The notes under the pieces: model-generated
Told to the model about the DNA's origin: nothing
Database searches by the model: none
What the model saw: the letters and a program-made list of their open reading frames with translations, nothing else
Part shown: positions 9,292 to 21,872 of the stretch, piece after piece
How the letters are laid out: every line of letters begins with the position of its first letter
Position numbering within the stretch: position 1 is the first letter of the stretch
Position numbers and translations under genes: made by a program
IMG/VR virus record: IMGVR_UViG_3300050343_000162
Span: 1 to 62,950 of that record
Reading direction: 5' to 3' (one strand)
DNA length: 62,950 nt
From: a virus
Lineage: Duplodnaviria > Caudoviricetes

Positions 9292-10274
9292 ATGGCACAT
9301 TACGCATTTTTAAATAACGACCACACAACAGAAACTCTAAGAGAAGAGCTTGAAGTATTATGGAGTGAGATGAGCACGCTTACTTCTATCGAAGAGCCTA
9401 CAGAGGAAGATACAGCTGCGATTGAAGCAAAGCAAGAAGAGATAGATGCAAAGTACCAAGAAATAGACAATTGTCTTTGTGTAGTAACTGGAGTAATTAC
9501 TGGAGTGCTGAGACGTATGAGAAATCTGCAAGAGACGAAACGATTGAGCAGGAGATAAAAGATTTAGAAGACAGCAGAACTGCAGATAAAACACAAGAAG
9601 AAATTACAGCGATAGAGGCTGAGATACAAGTAAAGCTTGAAGAGCTTCATGCGCTTCCACCAGAGGTTATAGACAATACGATTTACTGGGAAGGGTATTA
9701 TGGAAAAGGCGGACTATGCAAAAGAACTTCTTACAATACAATAGGTGGTGTTCACCAAAATGGAGGCACACCGTTTAGAAAAAATTATGCAGGGGTAGGT
9801 ATACTTACGACCCTGTAAGAGATGCGTTTTATGCGCCACAGCCATTTGAGTCTTGGACTTTAAATGAAGAGTCTTGTCTATGGGAATGTCCAGTAGAAAA
9901 ACCAGAGGGAGAATACTGGTGGAAAGAAGATACTACTGAGTGGGTAGATTATTTGTATTTATCTCAGCCTTATAACTCAGAAGCTCCTTATCCTAGCTGG
10001 TCGTGGAGCACAGAGACAGGATGGACAGCTCCAGTAGAAAAAGTAGAAGGAAAGATTTTTGGTGTGAAGAAGCACAAGATGTGGTACAACAAGAATGCCT
10101 GTAGGCCCTAAACCTTATCCTAGCTGGATATTAGTAGATAAGATATAAGTCCTGAAGTTTTTTACAGACGGGACATCTATTTATTCCGATTGGGCAGCTC
10201 CTGTAGATAAACCAAATGATGGAAAATCGTATCTTTGGGATGAAGAAACAGTAAATTGGATAGAAAAAGAATAA
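9292..10274 (+). CDS. Fibre-associated accessory/assembly protein (frameshifted)
   Basis: MAHYAFL...KRTSYNT...PFRKNYAG...YAPQPFESW motifs; paralog of 14687..15065. Confidence 0.6.
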
Positions 10275-10275
10275 T

Positions 10276-10800
10276 ATGGCAACAACAAAAGTAATAGGAG
10301 ACGTACTAGATTTAAATGAGTCGACTTCAGAGAGCGGCCTAAAAATACCTACAGGTACAAAGCTGAACAGACCTGCTACCGATGTGGCTGGTATGATTAG
10401 AAACAATACCAATGAAAATGAAGCATCTTCAGAAGGTTCAGCTTCTTGTGAAGAATATTACAATGGAGCGGCTTGGAAAAAAATAAACAATGCATCGGTC
10501 ACGGATTATCACAAACACCCGACGTGGTTTTATATAAACAATCGAGTCAAATTGCAAGTTGGTGGTGGTACACTAGTCTTATAGATGGAAGTTTTGATTA
10601 TATTAAACTTAACGCAGGAGATGCAAAAGGTGATTCATCTGGCGCAGGTTTTGATTCAACAACAATATTTGCAGAATCAGGTTCAGGAGGGCAAACAATG
10701 AACGCATATTGTTTCCATTCAGTCGAAGGGTACTCAAAGTTTGGCGTATATACAGGAACAGGAGCTGCCGGTAATACGGTAACAGTAGGATTTCAATTAT
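10276..10800 (+). CDS. Short or truncated tail fibre (frameshifted)
   Basis: MATTKVI..LKIPTGT..RP adapter followed by one GHGL..P / YCFHSVEGYSKFGVYTGTG module. Confidence 0.5.
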
Positions 10801-13800
10801 GGCAACAACAAAAATTACATCAAACCCGGATTTATTTAACTTAGAAAGTTTAAACACTGCTTTAAAGTTGCCTAGTGGAACTACTGCGCAGAGACCGACT
10901 AGTCCAAGTACAGGTGAGTGGAGATATAACACGACTACTAACTTAGTAGAGTTTTGGGATGGAGGAGAATGGAGAGATTTACAATCAGAGATATACCCCC
11001 AATACCTAGCGAGAACTTTAATACGGTTATATGGACAGGAGATGGTTCAGCTCAAGAGCAATAACAGGAGTAGGTTTCCAACCAGATTGGTTTGGTACAA
11101 AAAGTGAGTGCTTCTAATGACCACAATGCAGTTTGACTCGACAAGAGGGCAACAAATCAATTAGTACAAAATAACCAATGCTAGCGGTTATAATGTCCAC
11201 AACTGACCAAATTACATCTTTTGATGCTGATGGATTTACTGTTGGTAATGCAATGGAGGTGATGCTAAATCAAAATGGAGCTACTTATGTAGCTTGGTGT
11301 TGGAAAGCAAACGGAGGAACTACAAGCAGCAATACTGATGGAACAATTACAAGTACAGTACAAGCAAATACAAAAGCAGGATTTAGTATTGTTCAAATAT
11401 ACAGGTAGATGGAACTTCAGCTATCAACTGTAGGTCATAATTTAGGAGTTGCACCAGAAAGTAGTTATTTATCAAGAGAACAGAATCAGTGCGAAGTTGG
11501 ATTGGGTAAGTCATACCAGCTTTAGGTTTAAGTGGACAAAATATTTAGCAGTTAAATTTAACTGACCAAGTTTTTTCAGATACTTGCAAATGTATTTTGC
11601 AATGGAACTGCACCAACTTCAACAGTATTTTTTAGGTAATACATGCAGGTAGTGTTAACGGAAGTGGAAGTGATTATATAGCTTATTGTTTTGCAGAAAA
11701 AGATGGCTTTTCAAAGTTTGGCTCATACACAGGTAATGGTTCAACAAATGGACCGATTGTAGAAACAGGATTTGAACCTGCTTTTGTTAATGATAAAAGA
11801 ACAGATGCTGCAGTGATAATTGGTTAATATTTGATAATAAAAGAAGTCACTTCTAACCCAAGAAATTTAGCATTAATTCCTAATAGTTCATCAGCTGAAG
11901 TGAACTGCATAGGAGATCAGGTATCACTGTAGATTTCTTTAACTAATGGATTTCCAAGTTAAAGGTTCAACAGAAACCAAGGTGGAGCTAATGAACTCAA
12001 TGGAGGTACATTATATCTACATAGCCTTTGCTGCTGACCGCTTCAGCTGCACCAGCTTTACCGGATAGTTTTGCAAATAAATTATATACAGGTACTGGTG
12101 TTCTGGTCAAAGCTGTTACAGGATTAGGTTTTAGACCAAGTATAGTTTGGATAAAAAATAGAGATTACAGTTAGAGACCATAATTTAGCTGATATAATTC
12201 AAGGGGTAAGTAAAGAGATAACACCTAATACAACGGAGGCTCAAGAAAGTAGAAGTGTAACATCATTTGATTCAGATGGTTTTACTTTAGATAATGCTTC
12301 AGGTAATTATAATGCTAATGGAGAAAATTACGTTGCATGGAACTGGAAAGCAAATCCAATACCAACAATCAACAATGACGGAACAATACAATCTTTAGTT
12401 AGCGCCAATCAAGCAGCTGGATTAAGTATTGTTAAGTGGACAACAAATGGTTCTGCATCACAAACAGTTGGTCACGGCCTTTCAGTAGCACCTTCAATTA
12501 TTATTTACAAAAGATTAGACGGGGCACAAGATTGGTTTTTTGAAACAGATATAGTAGACGGCTCTTACGATTATTTAAACTTAAACACCTCAGGGGCATC
12601 ACAAGATGGTGGGGCAGCATGGTCTACAAGGTCTACAAGCACAACTATTAGCGCTTTTACAAGTAGTAATAATTTTGATTACATAGCTTACTGTTTTACT
12701 TCTATATCTGGATTTAGCAAGATGGGAAGTTATACAGGAAATGGCTCTTCAACTGGGCCAGTTGTACCTACAGGGTTTGAACCTTCTTTTGTAATGATTA
12801 AAGAGGCCAGTCAGGCTAATGATTGGAATATATATGACAATAAAAGAACAACTACAAACCCAAGAGATGTACAATTACAAGCAAATTCAAATGCTGCTGA
12901 AAGTACTAATTCATCTTTAGAAATAGATTTCCTAAGTGATTCATTTCAGCCTAAAGGAACAGGAGGGGGTTCTAATCGTAATGGCTCAACATACATCTAC
13001 ATGGCTTATAAAGCCAACCTAGCGCAATATCCTATACCTTCTGGACAGATGGGATATTTAGTAGCAGCAGGTGGTGGTAGTGGATTTTATTCTACAGGTG
13101 CCGGTGGTGTTGGTGGTGGTGGTGCTGGTGGATTTAGAACTACTTATGGACTTACCTCTGGAGGTGGCGCAAGCGCAGAAACAAATTTAACTTTAGCAAC
13201 TGGTACTTACACAGTAACCATTGGTGCTGGTGGAGCAATGACTTCAGGTGCTGGTAATGATGGAAATGATTCATCAATAACAGGTTTAGTTACTATTACT
13301 ACTACTGGTGGTGGTGCTGGTGGAGGCGGTAATGCTGTAGGAAGTGCAGGTGGTTCAGGTGGAGGAGCAGGTGAATTAAACTCTGGTACATCATTAGCAG
13401 GTGGAGCAGGTACAGCAAACCAAGGATTTGCAGGAGGAACGTCTGTTGTAAACTTTAATGGTGCTGGTGGTGGTGGTGCAAGTTCAGTTGGCGCAAACAA
13501 TGGCGCTAATTTAGCAGGTAATGGAGGTGCAGGAATAACATCTGCAATCACAGGAAGCAATGTTGGTTATGCTGGTGGTGGTGGAGGAGCTGCATACCAA
13601 TCAAGTAGTACAGGAGGTAATGGAACTTATGGTGGTGGTGATGGAACTTTAAATGGTATTAGAACAGCTTCTACAGCAGGAGGTATTAACACCGGAGGAG
13701 GTGGAGGTGCATTAGGTGGAAGTATTGGAGCTGGTGGTTATACTACGGGAGGTTCAGGGATAGTTGTTCTTAGAATGAATACATCTGACTTTTCTGGAGC

Positions 13801-14653
13801 TACTTCAGGAAGCCCAACAATATCTGCAATTGGTTCAGAAACAATATTACAATATTTAGCAAGTGGAAGTTATACTCATAACCCAAGCACAGCAGCCGGC
13901 ACAATGAACTACATGGTTTTAGCTGGTGGAGCATCAGGAGCATCCAACGGTGGTGGTGGTGGTGCTGGTGGACTTAGAAGTTCTTGGTATGCTAGTGGTG
14001 GTGGTGCTGGCGGAGAAACACCTTTAACTTTATCAAGTGGAACATATACAATTACAATTGGTGCTGGTGGTGCAGAAGTAACAACATACCAAGACCCAGG
14101 TAATGACGGAACAGCGACTACGATCTCTGGAAATGCTACAGTGAATACTGTAGGAGGAGGAGGAGGAGGTTCTAATAACACTAATGCTGGTAGAAATGGT
14201 GGTTCTGGTGGTGGTGCGGGAGCTCATCCAGGTGCTGCATATAACGGAGGCTCTGGAACAGCTGGAGAAGGTTTTGATGGGGGTAGAGCTGGAGCAGTTA
14301 ATCAACCATACACAGGAGCTGGTGGAGGTGGAACGGGTGCTGTAGGAGAACCTAACAGCGCAAGTGCTGCGGGGGCTGGTGGAAATGGATTAGCATTAGG
14401 TATAACAGGAGCTTTAGTTAACTACGGTGGTGGTGGTGGAGGTACTGGAGGTACTGCAACAGGCGGGCTTAGTGGTGGTGCTGGTGGAGCTGGTGGAGGT
14501 GGTGCTGGTGGAGCCTGGTGGTTCAGGAAAAGTAATTTTAAGATTGATTACTTCTGAATACTCTGGAACAACAACAGGTTCTCCAACAGTAACAACAGAT
14601 GGAATGAAACAATATTAACATATACAGGGAGTGGAACATACGTTCACTCATAA
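10799..14653 (+). CDS. Long tail fibre with repeated YVAWCWKA/GFSKFGSYTGNG modules and two Gly-rich domains (multiple frameshifts)
   Basis: Adapter LKLPSGTTAQRP..GEWRYNTT; repeat modules 11000-13000; poly-Gly domains 13050-14550. Confidence 0.75.
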
Positions 14654-14665
14654 ATAAAATTTAAT

Positions 14666-14673
14666 TAACTTTG
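14666..14673 (+). promoter_or_regulatory. -7 promoter element TAACTTTG
   Basis: TAnnTTTG upstream of the ATG at 14687. Confidence 0.55.
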
Positions 14674-14686
14674 TAAAAATAATATT

Positions 14687-15065
14687 ATGGCACATTTTGC
14701 AGAACTTGACGAAAACAACATAGTACTACAAGTAATTGTTGTACACAACAATGAACTGCTTAGATGGTGAAACAGAAAGCGAAGCTAAAGGAGTAGAGTT
14801 TTGTTCTACGCTCTTTGGTCATACGAACTGGGTGCAAACTTCTTACAATCATAATATAAGAAAACAGTTTGCTGGAACAGGCTATACCTACGACTCAGAC
14901 AGTGATGTCTTTGTTGCACCTCAGCCCTACCCAAGTTGGTCTTTAGACGATAACTTTGATTGGCAACCCCCAACGCCAATGCCAGAGGATGATAACCTAT
15001 ATAACTGGAATGAGGAAACTCAAAATTGGGATTTAGTTGAACTTAATAATGATGACACAGAATAA
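14687..15065 (+). CDS. Fibre-associated accessory protein (one frameshift)
   Basis: MAHFAELDENNIV...WVQTSYNHNIRKQFAGTGYTYD..DVFVAPQPYPSW. Confidence 0.7.
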
Positions 15066-15066
15066 C

Positions 15067-15216
15067 ATGAATTTAGATTTTGAACCTACGGTACTTGGTA
15101 TTACTGTTTTAGTAGTTAGTATAGCGGAAATTAACCAAGGGTTGCAAAGTTTATTGTTTCTTGCTACCTTAGTGTATACAATCATTAAAATTGTTCAACT
15201 AATAAAGAAAAAGTGA
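15067..15216 (+). CDS. Small 2-TM protein, holin-like
   Basis: MNLDFEPTVLGITVLVVSIAEINQGLQSLLFLATLVYTIIKIVQLIKKK, overlapping the endolysin start. Confidence 0.55.
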   Translation: MNLDFEPTVLGITVLVVSIAEINQGLQSLLFLATLVYTIIKIVQLIKKK

Positions 15217-15569
15217 AATACTTTACACATGCAGAATTTGATTCTCCTGACTCTACTGACAGTGGAAGTAACATGGATGAATCTTTTTTACGTATGTTAG
15301 ACAGCGCACGTGAGGCTGCAGGAACACCATTCAGAATTAATTCAGGATTTAGAACACCTAAGCATAACAAGAAAGTGGGTGGCTCAGAGAACTCATCACA
15401 CCTAAGAGGGTTTGCAGCTGACATACATGTAGCGTCAAACAGCACAAGATATGTAATACTAGAAGCTTTGCTTAATGTAGGCTTTAATAGAATAGGAATA
15501 GCAGATACATTTATTCATGTAGATGCTGACCCAATAAAAACAAAAAACGTAATTTGGACGTATGCTTAA
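15213..15569 (+). CDS. Endolysin, peptidase M15A family
   Basis: INSGFRT..HNKKVGG..SSHLRG.AADI and FIHVD Zn-binding motifs. Confidence 0.9.
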   Translation: MKYFTHAEFDSPDSTDSGSNMDESFLRMLDSAREAAGTPFRINSGFRTPKHNKKVGGSENSSHLRGFAADIHVASNSTRYVILEALLNVGFNRIGIADTFIHVDADPIKTKNVIWTYA

Positions 15570-15933
15570 GCTTTTAAAAAAATTATTAGGATTTAGTGAC
15601 TCAGGCGTTGATGGCTTAGGTTTAGAGATAAGACAGCTTATTAAGGGAAAAGAGATTGACCCTCAAAAACTTATAGAGATGCAAACTGCTATCAATGAGA
15701 TGGAGGCAAAGCACAGAACAATCTTTGTGGCCGGATGGCGTCCCTTCATAGGCTGGGTGTGCGGGATTGCCCTTGCATATAATTTTATAATAAGAGATAT
15801 GCTAGTGTGGTATATGGGCGTAGAAACAGCGCCACCTGCTCTTCAGATGGAACATCTTATGACCGTGCTTATCGGTATGCTAGGACTGGGTGGTATGAGA
15901 ACGTTTGAAAAAATAAATAATAAATCTAATTAA
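15562..15933 (+). CDS. Holin (3TM, GTA-holin-like)
   Basis: FVAGWRPFIGWVCG...LIGMLGLGGMRTFEK signature. Confidence 0.85.
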   Translation: MLKLLKKLLGFSDSGVDGLGLEIRQLIKGKEIDPQKLIEMQTAINEMEAKHRTIFVAGWRPFIGWVCGIALAYNFIIRDMLVWYMGVETAPPALQMEHLMTVLIGMLGLGGMRTFEKINNKSN

Positions 15934-16068
15934 ATGGCACAATCAATGTCCGGTCTGCGCTACGAAAAACCAAAGACTCGTAGGCCAGGGGTACACGCAA
16001 AAACAAAATCTTCTAAGGTAAAATCATCTAAGTATTACCAAAAAAAATACAGAGGTCAAGGCAGGTAA
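15934..16068 (+). CDS. Small basic protein ending KKYRGQGR
   Basis: Manual translation, 44 aa. Confidence 0.55.
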   Translation: MAQSMSGLRYEKPKTRRPGVHAKTKSSKVKSSKYYQKKYRGQGR

Positions 16069-16076
16069 ATAATTTA

Positions 16077-16084
16077 TATCTTTG
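16077..16084 (+). promoter_or_regulatory. -7 promoter element TATCTTTG
   Basis: Upstream of the packaging gene block. Confidence 0.6.
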
Positions 16085-16104
16085 TATTAATCAAATTTAA
16101 TCAA

Positions 16105-16329
16105 ATGGATATAAGAAAAGTATCAATAGGCGCTGATTATAAATCAGGAGCGATGCACTATATAGTAGGGCAGGAAGTATTAGGAAAGAATTACATTATA
16201 CACTTAATACAGTTCGACCAAGAATCTAAAGGTTTTAAAATTTGGATTCAACATAAAGATGAAATACTTTTATGGAAGGAGTTCAATGTCAACATGCCTG
16301 TATCAATCGAATATAATATAAACTTTTAA
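16105..16329 (+). CDS. Hypothetical protein
   Basis: 74-aa ORF, TAATG-coupled to the next gene. Confidence 0.7.
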   Translation: MDIRKVSIGADYKSGAMHYIVGQEVLGKNYIIHLIQFDQESKGFKIWIQHKDEILLWKEFNVNMPVSIEYNINF

Positions 16330-16901
16330 TGAGGTCACCTTTTTATTTTATCGTTAAGCCAGTAGATGATAAGCGATATAACAATACAAAAAATGTAAGT
16401 GGTATTGAACTCATCACAAGTACATCAGAGGAGAATCACAAAGCTTCTAACCGAGAAGGAATAGTTGAGGCTACCCCGCTAGGGTACACTGGCGATATAA
16501 GGGTAGGTGATACACTGCTAGTACATCACAACGTATTTAAGTTTTACAATGACATGAAGGGGAGAAGGCAGAGTGGTAAAAGTTATTTTAAAGACAACCT
16601 GTTCTTTATAGAGAACGACCAGTTCTTTATGTACAAACAAGATGGACAGTGGCATTGTCATGACAGGTATTGTTTTGTGAAGCCTGCGGCAAAAGAAGAT
16701 TCAATTATAATGAAGAGAGGAGAAGAAGAGCCGTTGATTGGTTATATGAAATATCCTAATAAGTATTTATTATCTAAAGGGGTAAACAAAGGAGACAAGA
16801 TATCATTTAAACCAGAGAGTGAATATGAGTTTATGGTAGATGATGAAAAGTTATATAGAATGTATGACCACCAAATAACATGGTATTATGAACTCAGATG
16901 A
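16329..16901 (+). CDS. GroES-like protein, apparently a tandem double domain
   Basis: Two units FIVKP..SGIEL..G.V..IRVGDTLLV and CFVKP..IG.MKY..GVNKGDKISF. Confidence 0.55.
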   Translation: MRSPFYFIVKPVDDKRYNNTKNVSGIELITSTSEENHKASNREGIVEATPLGYTGDIRVGDTLLVHHNVFKFYNDMKGRRQSGKSYFKDNLFFIENDQFFMYKQDGQWHCHDRYCFVKPAAKEDSIIMKRGEEEPLIGYMKYPNKYLLSKGVNKGDKISFKPESEYEFMVDDEKLYRMYDHQITWYYELR

Positions 16902-17166
16902 ATTAAAAAAAGAAATCATACACGCAGGGCGTAGAGCTGTAGAGCAACTAATAAAGGTAGCGAAAGAAGATATTATAAAGCCTGACCCAGACGATGAGTT
17001 GGCGGCAGATAGATTAAAGAACGCAGCAGCAACTAAGAAGCTTGCTATATTTGATGCGTTTGAGATACTAAATAAAATAGATTCAGAGGAAGAAGTAATA
17101 AACTCTGGAGGACACGTAGATAAAACAAATACAAAACAAGGGTTTGCAGAACGAAGGTCAAAATAA
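16888..17166 (+). CDS. Candidate terminase small subunit
   Basis: Helical 92-aa protein directly upstream of terL; assignment by position only. Confidence 0.4.
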   Translation: MNSDELKKEIIHAGRRAVEQLIKVAKEDIIKPDPDDELAADRLKNAAATKKLAIFDAFEILNKIDSEEEVINSGGHVDKTNTKQGFAERRSK

Positions 17167-19393
17167 ACTATATCAAGAATTAAGTAATTATATTCCTAAG
17201 TCTGGTGTATTTAAAAAAAAGAATACAAGCAAGACGTGGCTATATGGGTATAGTGAAAAATATGATTTAGTTATTATATCTAAAACAGGTCGAATAGGAA
17301 AGATATTAAATTAACGGTTTGGTTATTGGTATGCCACCAGAGCCTAAAGAGATGTTTAAAAGAGGTAAAGAAAAAAAAGAGCAATACTGGGAGCGTGAAG
17401 AGCTTGCCTAAAGATTTATCTCGTATAAACATCTATCTTCCAGTGGAACGATAGACCTCTGCTAGTTTTAAAAACAAATGGGTTGATTACATAGAGGCTG
17501 AGTTTGATAGAAGAGAGCTGGGATATTGGTTTTATAATAATGGAAAGCCTACTTATATGACAGGTTCGCATTATATGTATCTTCAGTGGACAAGTATAGA
17601 TGTTGGGTATCCAGACTTTAGAGAAGCTAATAGAATCTTTTTTATATACTGGGAAGCTTGTAAGGCTGACAAGAGGTGTTTTGGTATGGATTATTTAAAG
17701 ATAAGACGTTCAGGGTTTTCTTTTATGGGTTCATCTGAGTGTGTAAACACAGGAACTCTGGCTAGAGATTCAAGAGTTGGTATATTATCAAAGACTGGTT
17801 CGGATGCTAAAAAATGTTTACAGATAAAGTTGTTCCTATAGCTAATAGACTGCCATTCTTTTTTAAACCTATTCAGGATGGTATGGATAAACCTAAAACA
17901 GAGTTAGCTTTTAGGATTCCAGCTTCTAAAGATTACCAAGAAAAATATGCACGAGGTGATGGATGATGAGATGACAGGCTTAGATACAACAATTGACTGG
18001 AAGAATACGGATGATAACTCGTATGATGGTGAGAAACTTTTGCTTTTAGTTCATGATGAATCAGGTAAGTGGCTTAAGCCAAACAACATTCAAAACAACT
18101 GGCGTGTTACTAAAACTTGTTTAAGACTAGGTAGTAAGATAATAGGTAAGTGTATGATGGGTTCTACTTCAAATGCGCTTAGTAAAGGTGGTGAGAACTT
18201 TAAGCGTTTGTTTGAGGATTCAGATTTAAAGACTCGTAATGCAAATGGTCAGACTAAATCAGGACTGTATAATCTATTTATTCCTATGGAGTGGAACATG
18301 GAAGGGTTTATAGATAGGTTTGGTATGCCTGTGTTTAGAAAGCCTGAGAAAAAAATTAGAGGGGTAGATGATGAGTGGATTACAAACGGAGCAATAGATT
18401 ATTGGGAAGCAGAGGTAGAGTCATTAAAGAAAGATGCGGATGCACTGAATGAATTTTACAGACAGTTCCCTCGAACCGAGTCGCACGCATTTAGAGATGA
18501 GAGTAAGTCATCGCTGTTTAACTTAACTAAGATATATCAGCAGATAGATTATAATGATTCATTAATCATGGAGCATCACGTTAACAAGAGGTAGGTTTTA
18601 CTGGAAAGATGGAATCAAAGACTCAGAGGTTATATGGACGCCAGATTCAAGAGGACGATTCAAAGTGTCCTGGACTCCTAAGAAAGGTTTAAACAATGCT
18701 AAGTATTCTAAACACGGAGTGTTCTTTCCATCAAATGAACATATAGGAGCATTTGGATGTGACTCGTATGATATATCTGGAACTGTAGGAGGAGGAGGTT
18801 CTAATGGAGCGCTACATGGTTTGACAAAGTATAGTATGGAAGAAGCTCCAAGCAATGAGTTTTTTTTAGAGTATGTTGCTAGACCACAAACAGCAGAGAT
18901 ATTTTTTGAAGAAGTATTAATGGCTTGTGTGTTTTATGGGATGCCTATACTGGTTGAGAATAACAAGCCTAGGCTACTCTATCACTTTAAAAACAGAGGG
19001 TATAGAGGGTTTAGCATGAACAGGCCGGACAAACATTACACTAAACTATCTAAGACAGAAAAAGAACTTGGAGGTATACCGAATACTTCTGAGGATATTA
19101 AGCAGTCTCATGCTGCCGCTATAGAGTCGTACATAGAAAAATATGTAGGTTTAGATTTAGATGGTGGTTATAGAGCTGGAGAAATGGGTAGTATGTATTT
19201 TACTAGGACTTTAGAAGATTGGGCTAGGTTTGATATAAGTGCTAGAACTAAGTTTGATGCTAGTATTAGTTCAGGTTTAGCTATTATGGCAAATCAAAAG
19301 CATGTATATCTACCGCAGAAAAAAGAGTCAAAAATAAGTCTTAACTTTGCAACATATAATAACAAAGGAACATTAAGTGAATTAATTAGATGA
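17144..19393 (+). CDS. terL: Terminase large subunit (frameshifted into several ORFs)
   Basis: Walker A-like KIRRSGFS, Walker B LLVHDESGKW, MMGST coupling motif, nuclease FGCDSYD; start approximate. Confidence 0.9.
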
Positions 19394-21824
19394 AAGAGGT
19401 AAACATAAACATTTCATCAGTAGGATTCCCTAGTCAATTTGTATCTGATGCTGAGAAAGCGACCGATGAGTTTGGGTTACAAATAGGACAAGCTATTCAA
19501 TATGAATGGTTTCGTAAAGATTCTAACGGATGCCGATACTATAGTCAGTGGAGGGACTTTAACAGACTACGTCTATATGCAAGAGGCGAACAATCAATTG
19601 CAAAATATAAAAATGAATTAGCAGTAGACGGAGATTTGTCTTACTTAAATCTTGACTGGACTCCAGTTCCTATTATTCCAAAGTTTGTGGATATAGTTGT
19701 GAACGGAATGTCAGATAGGCTGTTTAAAGTAAAAGCGTATGCTCAAGATGCATTGTCACAAGGAAAAAGAAGTAAGTATCAAGAAATGATTGAAGGTCAA
19801 ATGGCTGCTAAAGATGTTCTTGAAATAGTTAAAGGAAATACAGGCTTTGATCCATTTATAATGAATCCAGATGAACTTGCCTGCAAGTGATGAAGAGTTA
19901 TCTCTTTATATGAATTTAAATTATAAACCAGCTATAGAGATTGCAGAAGAAGAAGCAATTGATACAATGTTTGCTGAGAATCATTATGATGATATTCGTA
20001 AACGATTAGATTATGATATGATGGTAACTGGTATGTCTGTAGCAAAACATGAATTTCTTCCTGGCTCTGGAGTTAAAGTATCTTATGTAGACCCAGCTAA
20101 TGTAGTTTATAGTTATACAGAAGACCCTCACTTTAAAGATTGTTTTTACTGGGGTGAAATTAAAACGGTTCCTATTGCTGAGTTAATGAAGATTGACCCT
20201 ACCCTTACAAATGATGATTTAGATAAAATATCTAAATATTCTCAAAGCTGGTATAATTATTTTAATACAGCTCAGTTTTACGAAAACGATATATTCTATC
20301 GTGACACTTGTACGTTGATGTACTTTAATTATAAAACCACTAAGAAGATGGTTTATAAGAAAAAAGTTAAAGAGAACGGTAATATGAGTATGATAGAAAA
20401 AGATGATGGTTTTAATCCACCTGATGAGATGATGGAAGAAAACAATTTTGAAAAAGTAGAAAAGACAATTGATGTTTGGTATGATGGAGTAATGGTTATG
20501 GGTACAAACATAATTTTAAAATGGGAGCTTGCTAAGAATATGGTAAGACCTAAGTCTTCATCTCAACACGCAATACCTAATTATGTAGCTGTAGCTCCTA
20601 GAATGTATAAAGGAGTTATTGAGTCTTTAGTTAGAAGAATGATTCCGTATGCTGATTTGATTCAGATGACACATTTAAAGTTACAACAAGTTATTGCTCG
20701 AACAGTACCTGATGGTGTGTATATAGATGCAGATGGTTTAAATGAGGTTGACTTGGGTACGGGAGCAGCATATAATCCAGAAGATGCCTTCGTTTATATT
20801 TTCAAACAGGTAGTGTTATTGGTAGAAGTTATACGCAAGAAGGAGATTACAATCAAGGTAAAATTCCTATACAGCAGCTAACAAGCAATTCAGGAGCTTC
20901 TAAGACGTCAAATGCTTAATAGCTAACCTAAATCACTATTTAGATATGATTCGAGCTGTAACAGGCTTAAATGAAGCGAGAGATGGTAGTGGAGCTAACT
21001 CTGATGCACTAGTTGGTGTACAAAAATTAGCAGCATTAAGTTCTAATACCGCTACTCGTCATATATTAGATGGAAGTCTTTACATATATAGAACGTTAGC
21101 TGAAGCTTTAACTTACAGGGTAGCGGATATTTTAGAATACGCAGACTTTAAAGATGACTTTATAAATAAAATTGGTAAATACAATGTAAGTATACTTGGA
21201 GATATATCTGATTTATATATTTATGACTTTGGTGTATTTATTGAGATTGTCTCCAGACGAAGAACAAAAAGCTATGCTTGAGCAAAATATTCAAATGGCT
21301 TTATCAAAACAAGATATAAACCTAGAAGATGCTATTGATATACGTGAGATTAAAATCTTAAACTTGCAAATCAATTACTTAAAGTAAAACGTAAAGCTAA
21401 GCAAGAGCAAGATCAGCAAATGGAAATGCAAAAGCAAGCAATGATTACTCAGCAACAATTGAAATCTCAACAAATGCAGCACAAGTAGCTATGCAAAAAA
21501 TACAAGCTGAGACTCAAGCTAAGATGCAGTATAGACAAGCAGACGTTGCTTTTGAAATTGAAAAACAAAAAGCTGAAGCTCAATTAAAAGCTCAGTTAAT
21601 GCAGCAAGAGTTTAATTATAACCTGCAATTGCAGGGTATGACTCAAGCTCAATTATCTCAAAGAGAAAGCGATAAAGAGCAAGCAAAAAGCGATAGAATA
21701 AGTCAGCAAAATACTGAGCAATCTAAATTAATTACTCAAAGAAAAATAATTTACCTCCGCAAAATTTTGAATCTAATGAAGATTCTTTAGATGGTTTGAC
21801 TTAGCTGAATTTGAACCAAGATAA
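19390..21824 (+). CDS. Portal protein (frameshifted)
   Basis: Follows terL; WTPVPIIPKFVDIVVNG, TGLNEARDG, Gln-rich C-terminal coiled coil. Confidence 0.85.
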
Positions 21825-21841
21825 TATGTTTAAATTTTGCG

Positions 21842-21849
21842 TAACTTTG
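21842..21849 (+). promoter_or_regulatory. -7 promoter element TAACTTTG
   Basis: Upstream of scaffold/capsid genes. Confidence 0.6.
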
Positions 21850-21872
21850 TAATATAAATTAAATCAAATCAA

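Noticed and set aside
13207-14305. Pro-rich minus-strand ORFs as extra P4H substrates
   Set aside because: Antisense shadows of poly-Gly (GGT/GGA) codons in the tail fibre
8225-14653. Diversity-generating retroelement acting on the fibres
   Set aside because: No reverse transcriptase and no near-identical TR/VR pair with adenine-specific differences seen
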